Shown here piece after piece: positions 41,899-51,776 of a stretch of 64,000 bases of DNA. Source of the DNA: an uncultured Gemmataceae bacterium (GTDB taxonomy: Bacteria; Planctomycetota; Planctomycetia; Gemmatales; Gemmataceae); the NCBI GenBank assembly GCA_963750165.1, contig CAVVPN010000003.1, forward strand, positions 768,001 through 832,000. The letters are read 5' to 3'. The notes below the pieces were generated by a model. That model had not been told where the DNA came from, did no database searches, and saw nothing but the letters and a program-made list of their open reading frames with translations. A program made the translations under genes and the position numbers. Each line of letters opens with the position of its first letter. The stretch's first letter is position 1.

Positions 41899-42972
41899 TC
41901 AGTCATACCGCCCGCTGGCCTCGATTGACCACAGCGCCGCCACCCGACCGCCGCGCACCGCGACGCACGCCCGGTGCAGATTCATCGTCGCACAGCAGTG
42001 CGCCGGCAGCACCTCCCGATGGTCGCCGACCTTCACGCTGTCGTCGGTCGTCTCGACCAGCGTGTGCTCCTCCGACAGCTTCAACACGCACTCCTGCGGC
42101 CGGCCCTTGATGACCGGCGTGCCGAAATCCTTGGAGATCGCCTTGCTGCCGGCGTCGAGCACGTAGCCGCCCGACCGCCGGCTGATGACCGTCGCCCAGA
42201 TCGACAGCGAACAGCCGAACTCCGGCCGCACCGTGTGGTACGCCGCGTCCATCAGCACGAACGAGCCCGGCTGAATCTCCGTGATGCCCGGCGTCGCGGC
42301 CACGAACTCCCAGGTGCCGGTGCCGGCGCCGGTCACCACTTCAACCGGGATGCCGTGCTGCTCCAGCAACCGCCGCGACGCGAGCAACGGCTCCAGCGCC
42401 TGCCGGCAGCGGCTGCCGCGCTCGGCCGCGTCCGGCACCTGCTGTAAATGGCCGTCGTAACCCTGCAGGCCGACGAAGCGCAGCCCCGGACTCTCGCAGA
42501 TGCGCCGCGCCAGCGCCAGCACCGGCTCGCCCGGCGCGACGCCACAGCGGCGCATGCCGATGTCCACCTCGACCAGCACACCAATGGTCACGCCCGCCGC
42601 CTGGGCCGCGCTCGACAGCGCCGCGCTGTTGTCGGCGTCGTCCACGCAAACGCGCACCGTCGCCCGCCGGGCCAGCTCCGCCAGCCGCCGCAGCTTGATC
42701 GGGCCGACGAGCTGGTTGGCGATGAAGATGTCGGTCAGCCCGGCGTCGGCGAGCACTTCCGCCTCACACAGCTTGGCGCACAGAAAGCCGTCCGCTCCCG
42801 CCGCGGAGATGTGCTTCGCCAGGCCGGCGCACTTGAGTGACTTGAAATGCACGCGCACCTGGACGCCCCGCGGCCGGCAGGCGTCGAACATGCGCCGCAG
42901 GTTGGCGTCCACGATGTCCAGGTCGATGAGCAGTTGCGGAGAATCCAGGGTGTCCAGCGGTTGGCCGAGCAT
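41899..42972 (-). CDS. DSD1/D-threonine aldolase-like PLP enzyme (fold type III)
   Basis: RVHFKSLK, VEVDIGMRRCG, LQGYDGH, GAGTGT, EIQPGSF, DAGSKA, SEEH, PAHCCATMNLH. Confidence 0.88.
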   Translation of the reverse strand: MLGQPLDTLDSPQLLIDLDIVDANLRRMFDACRPRGVQVRVHFKSLKCAGLAKHISAAGADGFLCAKLCEAEVLADAGLTDIFIANQLVGPIKLRRLAELARRATVRVCVDDADNSAALSSAAQAAGVTIGVLVEVDIGMRRCGVAPGEPVLALARRICESPGLRFVGLQGYDGHLQQVPDAAERGSRCRQALEPLLASRRLLEQHGIPVEVVTGAGTGTWEFVAATPGITEIQPGSFVLMDAAYHTVRPEFGCSLSIWATVISRRSGGYVLDAGSKAISKDFGTPVIKGRPQECVLKLSEEHTLVETTDDSVKVGDHREVLPAHCCATMNLHRACVAVRGGRVAALWSIEASGRYD

Positions 42973-43159
42973 GAAGGCTCCTTGGGTTGAGGTTACCGGT
43001 TCATTTATGGTTCCGCACGGGCAGAGGCCGCGCGAAACCATTAAATGAAAACAGTCGCAAAATCCGCAGATCGCGTCTTGACAGTCGCGGTGTCGGTAAG
43101 TAGCTTTACACTTTCGCTTTGTACGAAAAGCGTCAGGCTTTCGATTGAAGGAGACACCG

Positions 43160-43498
43160 TTGGCTGGCTTCTCGAACGAGCGCATCCGCATCCGGATGGA
43201 AGCGTTTGACCATGAGGTGCTCGACCGCACCGCCCACGAGATCGTGGACACTGCGAAGAAGACCGGCGCCATGGTCCACGGCCCGATCCCGCTGCCGACG
43301 CGCATCGAACGCTACACGGTGTTGCGCAGCCCACACATCGACCGCAAGTCGCGCGAACAGTTTGAAATTCGCACGCACAAGCGGTTGATCGACATCCTGC
43401 AACCAACGGGCAAGACCATTGAAGCGCTGAACAAGGGCCTGAGCCTGCCGCCCGGCGTGGACATCAAGATTCGGGTGATGGCCGCGTCGGCGAGTTGA
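43160..43498 (+). CDS. rpsJ: 30S ribosomal protein S10
   Basis: [46 protein letters not shown] start after GGAG. Confidence 0.97.
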   Translation: MAGFSNERIRIRMEAFDHEVLDRTAHEIVDTAKKTGAMVHGPIPLPTRIERYTVLRSPHIDRKSREQFEIRTHKRLIDILQPTGKTIEALNKGLSLPPGVDIKIRVMAASAS

Positions 43499-43596
43499 GC
43501 CGGTTGGGCAGTACAGAGCGGACGACAGCATCATTCATGGTCGCGTGGAAGTGGGAATCTGTCCACGCGACCATGCTCTTGTTTGAGGAAGGCACC

Positions 43597-44283
43597 GTGG
43601 CTACCGCAGAAACGAAACCGCTGAGCCTGCCCGTGTACAACACGCAGGGTGTGGCGACCGCGACCGTGGAACTGGACCCCGGCGAGTTCGGCGGCGAGAT
43701 CAACCGCCAGCTGCTGCACGAGGTTGTGCTGATGTACCTGGCCAACCAGCGCGCCGGCACGCACTCGACCAAGCGTCGCGGCGAGGTGGCCGGCAGCACC
43801 AAGAAGGTGTTCCGCCAGAAGGGCACCGGTAACGCCCGCATCGGCACCAAGCGCACCAACAAGCGCCGCGGCGGCGGCACCGCCAAGGGCCCCAAGCCGC
43901 GCGACTATGAATATCACCTGCCGAAGAAGGCCGTCCGTGCCGCCACGCGCATGGCCATCCTCAGCAAGTTGCAGGACCAGGAGACGATCATCGTCGAGGA
44001 GCTGAAGTTCCCCGAGATCAAGACCAAGCAGGTGGCCCAGGCACTCAAGGCCCTGAAGGTTGATGAACTGACCTGCCTGATTGGCCTGGGGGCCAGCGAC
44101 ATCGACGAGCAGCGCACGGTGTACATGTCGGCGCGCAACATCAAGGGTGTGTCGATCCGCCCGGCGACGGAGTTCAACGCCTACAACGTGCTCAAGCCCA
44201 AACGGCTGGTGCTGACGAAGGCGGCCCTGGAAGAGTTATGCGCGAACGTGAAATACGGGCCGGCACCCACGGCCCAGGCGTGA
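43597..44283 (+). CDS. rplD: 50S ribosomal protein L4
   Basis: [31 protein letters not shown]. Confidence 0.96.
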   Translation: MATAETKPLSLPVYNTQGVATATVELDPGEFGGEINRQLLHEVVLMYLANQRAGTHSTKRRGEVAGSTKKVFRQKGTGNARIGTKRTNKRRGGGTAKGPKPRDYEYHLPKKAVRAATRMAILSKLQDQETIIVEELKFPEIKTKQVAQALKALKVDELTCLIGLGASDIDEQRTVYMSARNIKGVSIRPATEFNAYNVLKPKRLVLTKAALEELCANVKYGPAPTAQA

Positions 44284-44299
44284 GTAAAGGACGGGCAGC

Positions 44300-44632
44300 A
44301 TGGCGACACCCCAACAGCAACCGCGGCAGCGGCAGTCCGGCCCCAAGCTGGAAGCGCACCAGATCATCCTGCGCCCGCTCATCACCGAGAAGGGCACGCA
44401 CCAATCGACGCACGAGCACCACAACGCCTACTCGTTCCAGGTGAACCTGTGGGCCGACAAGCACCAGATCCGGGCCGCGGTGCAGGAGTTGTTCAACGTG
44501 CGCGTCGAGAAGGTGCGGACGCAGACCCGGCTCGGCAAGAAACGCCGCTTCCGCTTCCGTCACGGCAAGCTATCGAACTGGAAGAAGGCCATCGTCAAAC
44601 TGCACCCGGAAGACAAGATTGATTTCTTCTGA
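44300..44632 (+). CDS. rplW: 50S ribosomal protein L23
   Basis: RPLITEK, FNVRVEKVRT, WKKAIVKL. Confidence 0.96.
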   Translation: MATPQQQPRQRQSGPKLEAHQIILRPLITEKGTHQSTHEHHNAYSFQVNLWADKHQIRAAVQELFNVRVEKVRTQTRLGKKRRFRFRHGKLSNWKKAIVKLHPEDKIDFF

Positions 44633-44693
44633 GATTCCTGCTCCCCTCTCCCCCAGGTAGGGGAGCGGGGAGGAAGACGAAGGGTACACCGTC

Positions 44694-45548
44694 ATGGGCA
44701 TTCGCTACTACAAGCCGACGACGCCGGGCCGCCGCCAGGGCTCCGTCAGCGACTTCGCGGACATCACCGACCGCAAGAAGAAGCCGGAAAAGACGCTGCT
44801 CAAACCGCACAAGGCCAAGGGCGGGCGCAACTTCCAGGGCGTCACCTGCACGCGCTTCCGCGGCGGCGGCCACAAGCGCATGTATCGCGTCATCGACTTC
44901 AAGCGCCGCAAGGACAACGTCTGGGCGACGGTCCTCTCCATTGAGTACGACCCCAACCGTACGCCGCGCATCGCCCTGCTCCAGTACGAGGACGGCGAAA
45001 AGGCGTACATCCTGGCGCCTGAGGGCCTCAAGGCCGGCGACCGCGTCATCAGTGGCGAGGACGTGGAGCCGCGTGTCGGCAACTGTATGCCGCTCAAGAA
45101 GGTGCCGCCGGGCATGGAAGTCCACAACGTCGAGTTGCAGCCGGGCCGCGGCGGTCAGCTGGGTCGCAGTGCCGGCACCGGCATCAACATCAGTGCCCGC
45201 GAGGGCGACTGGGCGCAGATCACGCTGCCCTCCGGTGAGGTGCGCCGCGTCAGCTCGAACTGCCGGGCGACCATCGGCACGCTCGGCAATGCGGATCACA
45301 TGAACATTAGCCTGGGCAAGGCCGGGCGCGTGCGCTGGAAGGGCCGGCGGCCGCACAACCGTGGCACGTCGATGAACCCGGTCAACCACCCGATGGGCGG
45401 CGGCGAGGGCCGTACCGCTGGCGGCCGGCACCCGTGCAGCCCGACCGGTGTGCTTGCCAAGGGTGGCAAGACGCGCAAGAAACGCAAGCCGTCCAACTCG
45501 GCCATCATCCGCCGCCGCCGGCCGGGCCCGCACTATGCGGAAAAATAA
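44694..45548 (+). CDS. rplB: 50S ribosomal protein L2
   Basis: [34 protein letters not shown]. Confidence 0.98.
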   Translation: MGIRYYKPTTPGRRQGSVSDFADITDRKKKPEKTLLKPHKAKGGRNFQGVTCTRFRGGGHKRMYRVIDFKRRKDNVWATVLSIEYDPNRTPRIALLQYEDGEKAYILAPEGLKAGDRVISGEDVEPRVGNCMPLKKVPPGMEVHNVELQPGRGGQLGRSAGTGINISAREGDWAQITLPSGEVRRVSSNCRATIGTLGNADHMNISLGKAGRVRWKGRRPHNRGTSMNPVNHPMGGGEGRTAGGRHPCSPTGVLAKGGKTRKKRKPSNSAIIRRRRPGPHYAEK

Positions 45549-45617
45549 TGAATTGCCCTGGCCGCTTTGCGGTCGTGAGCTACAATAAAAAACTTGGTAC
45601 TCAAGGTGGAGTGAGCG

Positions 45618-45887
45618 ATGAGTCGTTCGCTGAAAAAAGGCCCGTATGTGGACGCCCGGCTGCTGGCCAAGGTCGAAAAGCAGAACACCGGCCATCGCGA
45701 GCCGATCAAAACCTGGTCCCGCGACTGCGTGATCGTGCCCGATTTCATCGGCTTCACCTTTCTGGTTCACAACGGCCAGAAGTTCATGAAACTGTTCGTG
45801 ACCGAGGAAATGATTGGGCACAAGCTCGGTGAGTTTGCCCCGACGCGGCTCTTCAAGTCGCACAGCGGCGGCAAGGGGAAGAAGTAA
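45618..45887 (+). CDS. rpsS: 30S ribosomal protein S19
   Basis: [25 protein letters not shown]. Confidence 0.98.
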   Translation: MSRSLKKGPYVDARLLAKVEKQNTGHREPIKTWSRDCVIVPDFIGFTFLVHNGQKFMKLFVTEEMIGHKLGEFAPTRLFKSHSGGKGKK

Positions 45888-45965
45888 CAGCGAGCGGGGT
45901 CGCGTCAGCGCCCCGTGCAACCCACGGGCGCTGACGCGACCCCGCTCGCTGGACGAGATACATAA

Positions 45966-46037
45966 CCCGGGGTGGAGCAGTGGTAGCTCGCCAGGCTCAT
46001 AACCTGGAGGTCGTCGGTTCAAATCCGGCCCCCGGAA
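45966..46037 (+). tRNA. tRNA-Met(CAU), initiator type
   Basis: CCCGGGG TG GAGC AGTGGTA GCTC G CCAGG CTCATAA CCTGG AGGTC GTCGG TTCAAAT CCGGC CCCCGGA A; C1:A72 mismatch. Confidence 0.92.
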
Positions 46038-46151
46038 TTTTTTAACCCCCCGCGCACACCACGTCGGCAGGGACGTGCCGCTCCCCTGGGGGATGATCGA
46101 ATCCCCAAGGGGGTCGTTCGCGTTTATGGGTTGAGGTTGTTGAGGTTTGTC

Positions 46152-46487
46152 ATGGACTACAAAGCACTGCACCGCTACGCCGACGTGACCGCCCGCAAGC
46201 TGCGGCCCTTCGCCCAGCTGATCCGCGGCAAGTACGCCGACGAGGCACTGGAGTTGCTGCGTTTTCTGCCCAACAAGAGCGCCCGGCTGCTGGAAGCGGT
46301 GCTCAAGAGCGCCCTGGGCAACGCCGAGGATCGCGGCGCCACTGACATGGATGATTTGTATGTCAAGGAGTCGCGCATTGATGGCGGCCCCATCATGAAA
46401 CGCATCATGCCGCGCGCCCGCGGCACCGCGTACCCGATCAAGAAGCGCTATGCCCACATCCACATTGTCCTGTCGGATGAGGAATAG
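46152..46487 (+). CDS. rplV: 50S ribosomal protein L22
   Basis: ARKLR..AQLIRGK, KSALGNA, KRIMPRARG. Confidence 0.96.
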   Translation: MDYKALHRYADVTARKLRPFAQLIRGKYADEALELLRFLPNKSARLLEAVLKSALGNAEDRGATDMDDLYVKESRIDGGPIMKRIMPRARGTAYPIKKRYAHIHIVLSDEE

Positions 46488-46568
46488 CGCAGAACGGAAC
46501 GGGGAGCCAATGTCGTCCCGACCGGGGTGAGGTTGGCTCCGGTTTTTTTGCAAGCGAGAGAGGTTCGT

Positions 46569-47273
46569 ATGGGTCAAAAAGTTCGGCCCACCGGCTTCCG
46601 CACCGGCATCATGGTGGACTGGCTCAGCCGCTGGTACGCCAACAAGCAGGACTTCGCCGAGTTGCTGGTTGAGGACTTTCGCATCCGGGCGTTCATCAAG
46701 AAGCGCTACGGCCACTCCGGCATCGCGCGCATCAAGATCGAGCGCACCCGCGAGAAAGTCGTCGTCTACATTTACGCGGAGCGGGTTGGCATCATCATCG
46801 GCAAGAAGGGCGCCGAGGTTGATAAACTGACCAAGGACCTGGAAAACCTGGCCCATCGTCACATCGAAGTCAAGACGATGGAGGTCAACAACCCGCTGCG
46901 CGACGCCCAGCTCGTGGCGGAGCGCATCGCCGAGCAACTGGAAAAGCGGGCCAGCTTCCGCCGCACCATGAAGCGGGCGATGGACGAGACGATGGAGGCC
47001 GGCGCCAAGGGCGTGCGCTTGCAGTTGTCGGGGCGGCTGGGCGGGGCGGAAATGGCCCGCTGCGAGAAGAGCATGGAGGGCAGCATTCCGCTGTCCACCC
47101 TGCGGGCGAAGGTCGAATACGGTTTCAGCGAGGCCAAGACGGCGCAGGGCCACATTGGCATCAAAGTCTGGGTGAACAACGGGGACTACCTGGACCCCGA
47201 GGAGGCGAACGATGCCGCTCATGCCCAAACGGGTAAAGTTCCGAAAAAGCCAACGCGGCAAGGTAAAAGGTAA
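46569..47273 (+). CDS. rpsC: 30S ribosomal protein S3
   Basis: MGQKVRPTGFR, IIGKKG, SGRLGGAEMAR, GIKVWV. Confidence 0.97.
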   Translation: MGQKVRPTGFRTGIMVDWLSRWYANKQDFAELLVEDFRIRAFIKKRYGHSGIARIKIERTREKVVVYIYAERVGIIIGKKGAEVDKLTKDLENLAHRHIEVKTMEVNNPLRDAQLVAERIAEQLEKRASFRRTMKRAMDETMEAGAKGVRLQLSGRLGGAEMARCEKSMEGSIPLSTLRAKVEYGFSEAKTAQGHIGIKVWVNNGDYLDPEEANDAAHAQTGKVPKKPTRQGKR

Positions 47274-47631
47274 CGCCCAGCGCGGCAACACCGTCTCCTA
47301 CGGCGAGTTCGGGTTGCAGTCGCTGGAGGCCGGTTGGTTGAGCGCCGAGGCCATCGAGGCCGGGCGCATCACCGCGGCGCACTCGGTGCGCGGCGAGGGC
47401 CGGTTGTACATCCGCGTCTTCCCGCACAAGTCGGTGACATCCATCCCCGCCGAGACGCGCATGGGCAAGGGCAAGGGTGAGCCCGAATTCTGGGCCGCTG
47501 TGGTCAAGCCGGGCATGATCCTGTTCGAGATCGCCGGCCTACCCGAGGCCCAGGCCCGCAACGCCCTGGCCAGCGTCGCGTACAAGATGCCGTTCAAGTG
47601 CCGGTTTGTCAGCCGCCGGCCGAACATTTAA
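47212..47631 (+). CDS. rplP: 50S ribosomal protein L16
   Basis: PKRVKFRKSQRG, RVFPHK, ETRMGKGKG. Confidence 0.97.
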   Translation: MPLMPKRVKFRKSQRGKVKGNAQRGNTVSYGEFGLQSLEAGWLSAEAIEAGRITAAHSVRGEGRLYIRVFPHKSVTSIPAETRMGKGKGEPEFWAAVVKPGMILFEIAGLPEAQARNALASVAYKMPFKCRFVSRRPNI

Positions 47632-47709
47632 GGTAGCTCTGCCGTTTGCGGCTTGGCGGGGTTGAAGCGCGTGAAGCCGCAAGCGGCAGAGAAGAAGGAC
47701 GCGGGAGCC

Positions 47710-47952
47710 ATGAAGAACGTCGACCTGCGGCAGATGACCGACGAGCAACTGGAACTGCAACTGCGCGAGGTTGTCAAGAACCTCTTTCACCTGCGCTTCC
47801 AGTCCGCGACGGAACGACTGGAGACGCCCAGCGAAATGTTGAAGGCACGCCGGGAAGTGGCCCGGATCAAGACCATTCAGCGCGAGCGGCAGCTGGCGGT
47901 GGAGCGCGAGCGACAGTTGGTCGCGGCGAGCACGCCGGCGACGGGAGGCTAA
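47710..47952 (+). CDS. rpmC: 50S ribosomal protein L29
   Basis: LFHLRFQ, RREVARIKTI. Confidence 0.93.
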   Translation: MKNVDLRQMTDEQLELQLREVVKNLFHLRFQSATERLETPSEMLKARREVARIKTIQRERQLAVERERQLVAASTPATGG

Positions 47953-47959
47953 CGGAACG

Positions 47960-48304
47960 ATGGCGGACACCCAAACCCCGACCCCGACGCAGGAACGCGG
48001 CAAGCGGCGCACGGCGATCGGCATTGTCACGAGCGACAAGATGATGAAGACGCGCCGGGTCGAAATCCCCCGGTTGGTCAAGCACCAGCGCTACGGCAAA
48101 TACATCAAGCGCCGCACCGTCTGCCACGTCCACGACGAGAACAACGAGTCGCACACCGGCGACACCGTGGAGATCATGGAGACGCGGCCGATCTCGAAAC
48201 TGAAGTGCTGGCGGATGGTGCGCATCGTCACCAAGTCAGCCCAGGCTCTGCTCGCCGAGCAGCAGGCCGCCGCCGCGGCCAACCCGGCGCCGCCGACGCC
48301 GTGA
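47960..48304 (+). CDS. rpsQ: 30S ribosomal protein S17
   Basis: GIVTSDKMMKT, HDENN, GDTVEIMETRPISK. Confidence 0.96.
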   Translation: MADTQTPTPTQERGKRRTAIGIVTSDKMMKTRRVEIPRLVKHQRYGKYIKRRTVCHVHDENNESHTGDTVEIMETRPISKLKCWRMVRIVTKSAQALLAEQQAAAAANPAPPTP

Positions 48305-48400
48305 TCCCGTTGTAAGTTTCGGTCGCGCCCGACCAGCGGCAGCGCGACCCTGGCAGAAGCAGACGGACTCGTGGTCGAGTCGGAAGGCAGGTAGTTGTTC

Positions 48401-48772
48401 ATGATTCAGATGTATACGTACCTGGATGTTGCCGATAACACCGGCGCCAAGGAGTGCATGTGCATCAAGGTGCTGGGCGGCACGCGGCGGCGCTACGCCG
48501 GCCTGGGGGACGTGATTATCGCCAGCGTCAAGAAGGCGATCCCCGGTGGCGACGTGAAGCCGGGCGATGTGGTCAAGGGCGTCGTCGTCCGCATCAAGAA
48601 GCCGACGCGCCGCGAAGACGGCAGCTATGTCCGCTTCGACCGCAACGCCCTGGTGCTGATTAACAAGGAAGACCAGGAGCCGCGCGGCACCCGTATCTTC
48701 GGCGCCGTGGCCCGCGAGCTGCGCGAACGCGGCTTCATGAAGATCGTCAGCCTGGCGGCGGAAGTCGTTTGA
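48401..48772 (+). CDS. rplN: 50S ribosomal protein L14
   Basis: [28 protein letters not shown]. Confidence 0.97.
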   Translation: MIQMYTYLDVADNTGAKECMCIKVLGGTRRRYAGLGDVIIASVKKAIPGGDVKPGDVVKGVVVRIKKPTRREDGSYVRFDRNALVLINKEDQEPRGTRIFGAVARELRERGFMKIVSLAAEVV

Positions 48773-48826
48773 TCAAAAACCAGTCGAGATGACGGCTCCA
48801 AGCTGTCCCTTGTGGGTGAGGTTGTC

Positions 48827-49369
48827 ATGGCGCGGTTGATGGATCGTTACCAGAAAGAGATCATCAAGCAGCTGTCGGACAAGCTGGGGCGCAAGAACGT
48901 TCACAGCATTCCGAAGCTGCAGAAGATCGTCGTCAACATGGGCGTCGGCAAGGCGCTGCAGGACAAGAACCGCATGGAGCAGGCGGCCGAGAACCTGACG
49001 CAGATCACCGGCCAGCGCGCCCAGGTCACCAAGGCCAAACTCGCCGTCAGCGGTTTCCGTCTGCGCGAGGGTAATGAAATCGGTTGCCGGGTCACCCTCC
49101 GCGGTCGGCGCATGTATGAGTTCCTGGACCGGCTCATCAGCATTGCCCTGCCGCGTATCCGCGACTTCCGCGGCGTGAATCCCAAGAGTTTCGATGGCCA
49201 CGGCAACTACAGCATGGGCCTGACCGAGCAAATGGTCTTCCCGGAGATCGACCCGGACAAGGTGACGTTCACCCAGGGCATGGACGTGACCTTCGTCACC
49301 AGCACCACCAACGACGACGAGGCCCGTGAACTGCTGCGGGCGTTTGGCATGCCGTTCCGCGAGGCGTAA
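48827..49369 (+). CDS. rplE: 50S ribosomal protein L5
   Basis: [30 protein letters not shown]. Confidence 0.97.
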   Translation: MARLMDRYQKEIIKQLSDKLGRKNVHSIPKLQKIVVNMGVGKALQDKNRMEQAAENLTQITGQRAQVTKAKLAVSGFRLREGNEIGCRVTLRGRRMYEFLDRLISIALPRIRDFRGVNPKSFDGHGNYSMGLTEQMVFPEIDPDKVTFTQGMDVTFVTSTTNDDEARELLRAFGMPFREA

Positions 49370-49383
49370 AATCCCAGGGCCCC

Positions 49384-49496
49384 CGTTGTGGCCTGGTCTC
49401 CGGACCAGGCCACTGGACCTGACCGAAGGTCTCAAAAAGTGGCAGTGGAGACCTTCGGTCGTAAGCGTGGCACGGTCGGGAGACCGTGCCACAACG
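49384..49496. repeat. Composite REP-like palindromic element inside the spc operon
   Basis: GTGGCCTGGTC..GACCAGGCCAC, GACCGAAGGTCTC..GAGACCTTCGGTC, GTGGCACGGTC..GACCGTGCCAC, with CGTTGTGGC/GCCACAACG ends. Confidence 0.8.
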
Positions 49497-49504
49497 AGGC
49501 GTAC

Positions 49505-49741
49505 ATGACCACCGAAGCGAAAAACGTCGAGTTCAAGCGCGACCTGGCGCGGCTGGAGGCGAACAAGCGCGATCCGGTCAAGAACAAGCTGCGGCCGCGC
49601 GATAAGATCCGCATCCGCCTGCGCTGCCGGCTGTGCGGCCGCGCCCGCGCCGTGTACCGCAAGTTCGGCATCTGTCGCATCTGTTTCCGGGACATGGCCA
49701 GCAGCGGCCTCATCCCTGGCGTGAAAAAAGCGAGCTGGTGA
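49505..49741 (+). CDS. rpsN: 30S ribosomal protein S14, zinc-binding (C+) type
   Basis: RCRLCGR...FGICRICFR...IPGVKKASW. Confidence 0.95.
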   Translation: MTTEAKNVEFKRDLARLEANKRDPVKNKLRPRDKIRIRLRCRLCGRARAVYRKFGICRICFRDMASSGLIPGVKKASW

Positions 49742-49751
49742 GACCCGTACC

Positions 49752-50198
49752 ATGATGACCGACCCGATCGCTGACATGTTGACGCGCATCCGCAACGCCA
49801 ACCGCATCGAGCGGCCCGCCGTGGACATGCCGGCCACGCACCTCAAGGCCCGTATCGCCCAGGTGCTCAAGGATGAGGGTTTCATCCTCGACTTCCAGCT
49901 GGGCAAGTCCGTCAAGGACGAGCAGGGCGCCATGACGTTCCAGCCAATCAGCGACCTGAAGGAGCCGCACGTCGTCCTGCGCGTGTACCTGAAGTACGGC
50001 CCCGACGGCGAAAAAGTGCTGCGCCGCATCGACCGCGCCAGCCGGCCGGGACGACGGCTGTACCGCGGCTACGCGGACCTCAAGCCGGTGCTCGACGGGC
50101 TGGGCATCGCCATCCTCAGCACCAGCCACGGCGTCATGAGCGATCGCCAGGCCCGCGCCCAACGGCTCGGCGGCGAACTGCTCTGCACCGTGTACTAA
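49752..50198 (+). CDS. rpsH: 30S ribosomal protein S8
   Basis: DPIADMLTRIRNA, SRPGRR, GLGIAILSTS.G, GGELLC. Confidence 0.97.
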   Translation: MMTDPIADMLTRIRNANRIERPAVDMPATHLKARIAQVLKDEGFILDFQLGKSVKDEQGAMTFQPISDLKEPHVVLRVYLKYGPDGEKVLRRIDRASRPGRRLYRGYADLKPVLDGLGIAILSTSHGVMSDRQARAQRLGGELLCTVY

Positions 50199-50243
50199 TT
50201 CCTCTGCCGCTGGCGGCAGAAAAGACAGCTAGGAGTGACGGCC

Positions 50244-50795
50244 ATGTCACGTATCGGCAAACAACCCATCGCGCTGCCGGTCGGCGTCAAGGCGAACATC
50301 GCCGACGGCAAGGTGCGCGTCGAGGGGCCCAAGGGCAAACTGGAGCTGGCGTACCACCCCGCCATGCAGGTCCAGATCGACGATAAGACCAAGGCCATCC
50401 AGGTGACGCGGCCTAATGATGATCGCCAGAATCGCTCCCTGCACGGCCTGACGCGCAGCCTGATCGCCAACATGGTCGAGGGCGTCACCAAGGGCTTCGA
50501 GAAGAAGCTCAAGATCGAGGGCATCGGCTACCAGGCCCGCATGGACAAGACCGCGGTGGTGTTGACGGTCGGCTTCGCCAACCCCATCAGCATGATGCCG
50601 CCGCCGGGCGTCACCGTCGAACTGACGGACCCGACGACCATCATTATCAAGGGTGCCGACAAGCAGAAGGTCGGCCAGTTCGCCGCCGAGGTCCGCGCCG
50701 CCCGCAAGCCGGAGCCCTACAAGGGCAAGGGCATTCGCTACGAAAACGAACAGGTGCGCCGCAAGGAAGGCAAGTCCTTCGCCGCCGGCGGTTAA
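50244..50795 (+). CDS. rplF: 50S ribosomal protein L6
   Basis: MSRIGKQPI, GPKG, RKPEPYKGKGIRY. Confidence 0.97.
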   Translation: MSRIGKQPIALPVGVKANIADGKVRVEGPKGKLELAYHPAMQVQIDDKTKAIQVTRPNDDRQNRSLHGLTRSLIANMVEGVTKGFEKKLKIEGIGYQARMDKTAVVLTVGFANPISMMPPPGVTVELTDPTTIIIKGADKQKVGQFAAEVRAARKPEPYKGKGIRYENEQVRRKEGKSFAAGG

Positions 50796-50825
50796 TCAGC
50801 GTAGACCGACTCACGAGTGAATGTC

Positions 50826-51194
50826 ATGGATCATCACAAGGCCATCGCCAAGCAACGGCTCCGGCGCCGGCATCACGTCCGCCGCAAGATCGTCGGCACG
50901 ACCGAACGGCCGCGGTTGACCGTGTTCCGCAGTTCCAAGCACATTTACGCCCAGCTGATTGACGACCTCCAGGGCGTGACCCTGGCGGCCGCCAGCAGTT
51001 CCACGGCGGACGTGCGCAAGGACGTGCCCTATGGCGGCAACGTCAAGGCCGCCGCCGCGGTCGGCAAGCAGCTGGCCGAGGCCGCCAAAACCAAGGGCAT
51101 CACCCAGGCCGCCTTCGACCGCGGCCACTATCGCTACCACGGCCGCATCAAGGCGCTGGCCGACGCCGCCCGCGAAGGCGGGTTGCAGTTTTAA
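50826..51194 (+). CDS. rplR: 50S ribosomal protein L18
   Basis: [41 protein letters not shown]. Confidence 0.97.
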   Translation: MDHHKAIAKQRLRRRHHVRRKIVGTTERPRLTVFRSSKHIYAQLIDDLQGVTLAAASSSTADVRKDVPYGGNVKAAAAVGKQLAEAAKTKGITQAAFDRGHYRYHGRIKALADAAREGGLQF

Positions 51195-51278
51195 TCTGTG
51201 GGGCAGACATTCCTGTCTGCCGAACTACTGGCAGACAGGAATGTCTGCCCCACGAAGACAACGCAGGAACCCTGAGTC

Positions 51279-51776
51279 ATGGCCAGAGATCGCGATAACC
51301 GCCCCGAAGATTTGATCGACAAGGTCGTGAAGATCCGCCGCTGCGCCGCCGTGGTCAAGGGCGGTCGCCGCTTCAGCTTCAACGCCCTGGTCGTGGTCGG
51401 CGACCGCCGCGGCCGCGTCGCCTGGGGCTACGGCAAGGCCAACGAGGTGCCGCCCGCCGTCGATAAGGCCACCAAGGACGCCGAGGAAACGCTGCGCCGC
51501 CAGAAGAAGATTCAGCTCCGTGGCGAAACCATCCCGCACCGCGTCATCGGCCGCTTTGGCGGCAGCCGCGTCGTCCTGGTGCCGGCCGGCCCCGGCACTG
51601 GTGTCAAGGCGGGGCCTGGTGTCCGCGACGTGCTCGAAGCCTGCGGTATCCACAACATCCTGACCAAGACGCACGGTTCGACCAACCCGATTAACCTCGT
51701 CAAGGCCACCATCGACGGCCTGATGCAGTTGCGGACGCGCGAAGAGACGGCGCGCCTGCGAGGAGTGACGATCTAA
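51279..51776 (+). CDS. rpsE: 30S ribosomal protein S5
   Basis: VVKGGRRFSFNALVVVGD, GKANEV, PAGPGTGV. Confidence 0.97.
   Translation: MARDRDNRPEDLIDKVVKIRRCAAVVKGGRRFSFNALVVVGDRRGRVAWGYGKANEVPPAVDKATKDAEETLRRQKKIQLRGETIPHRVIGRFGGSRVVLVPAGPGTGVKAGPGVRDVLEACGIHNILTKTHGSTNPINLVKATIDGLMQLRTREETARLRGVTI

Noticed and set aside
44595..47291. 898-aa minus-strand ORF and similar long antisense ORFs (21853-24093, 28221-30047, 55735-57561)
   Set aside because: Antisense shadows of real genes in GC-rich DNA
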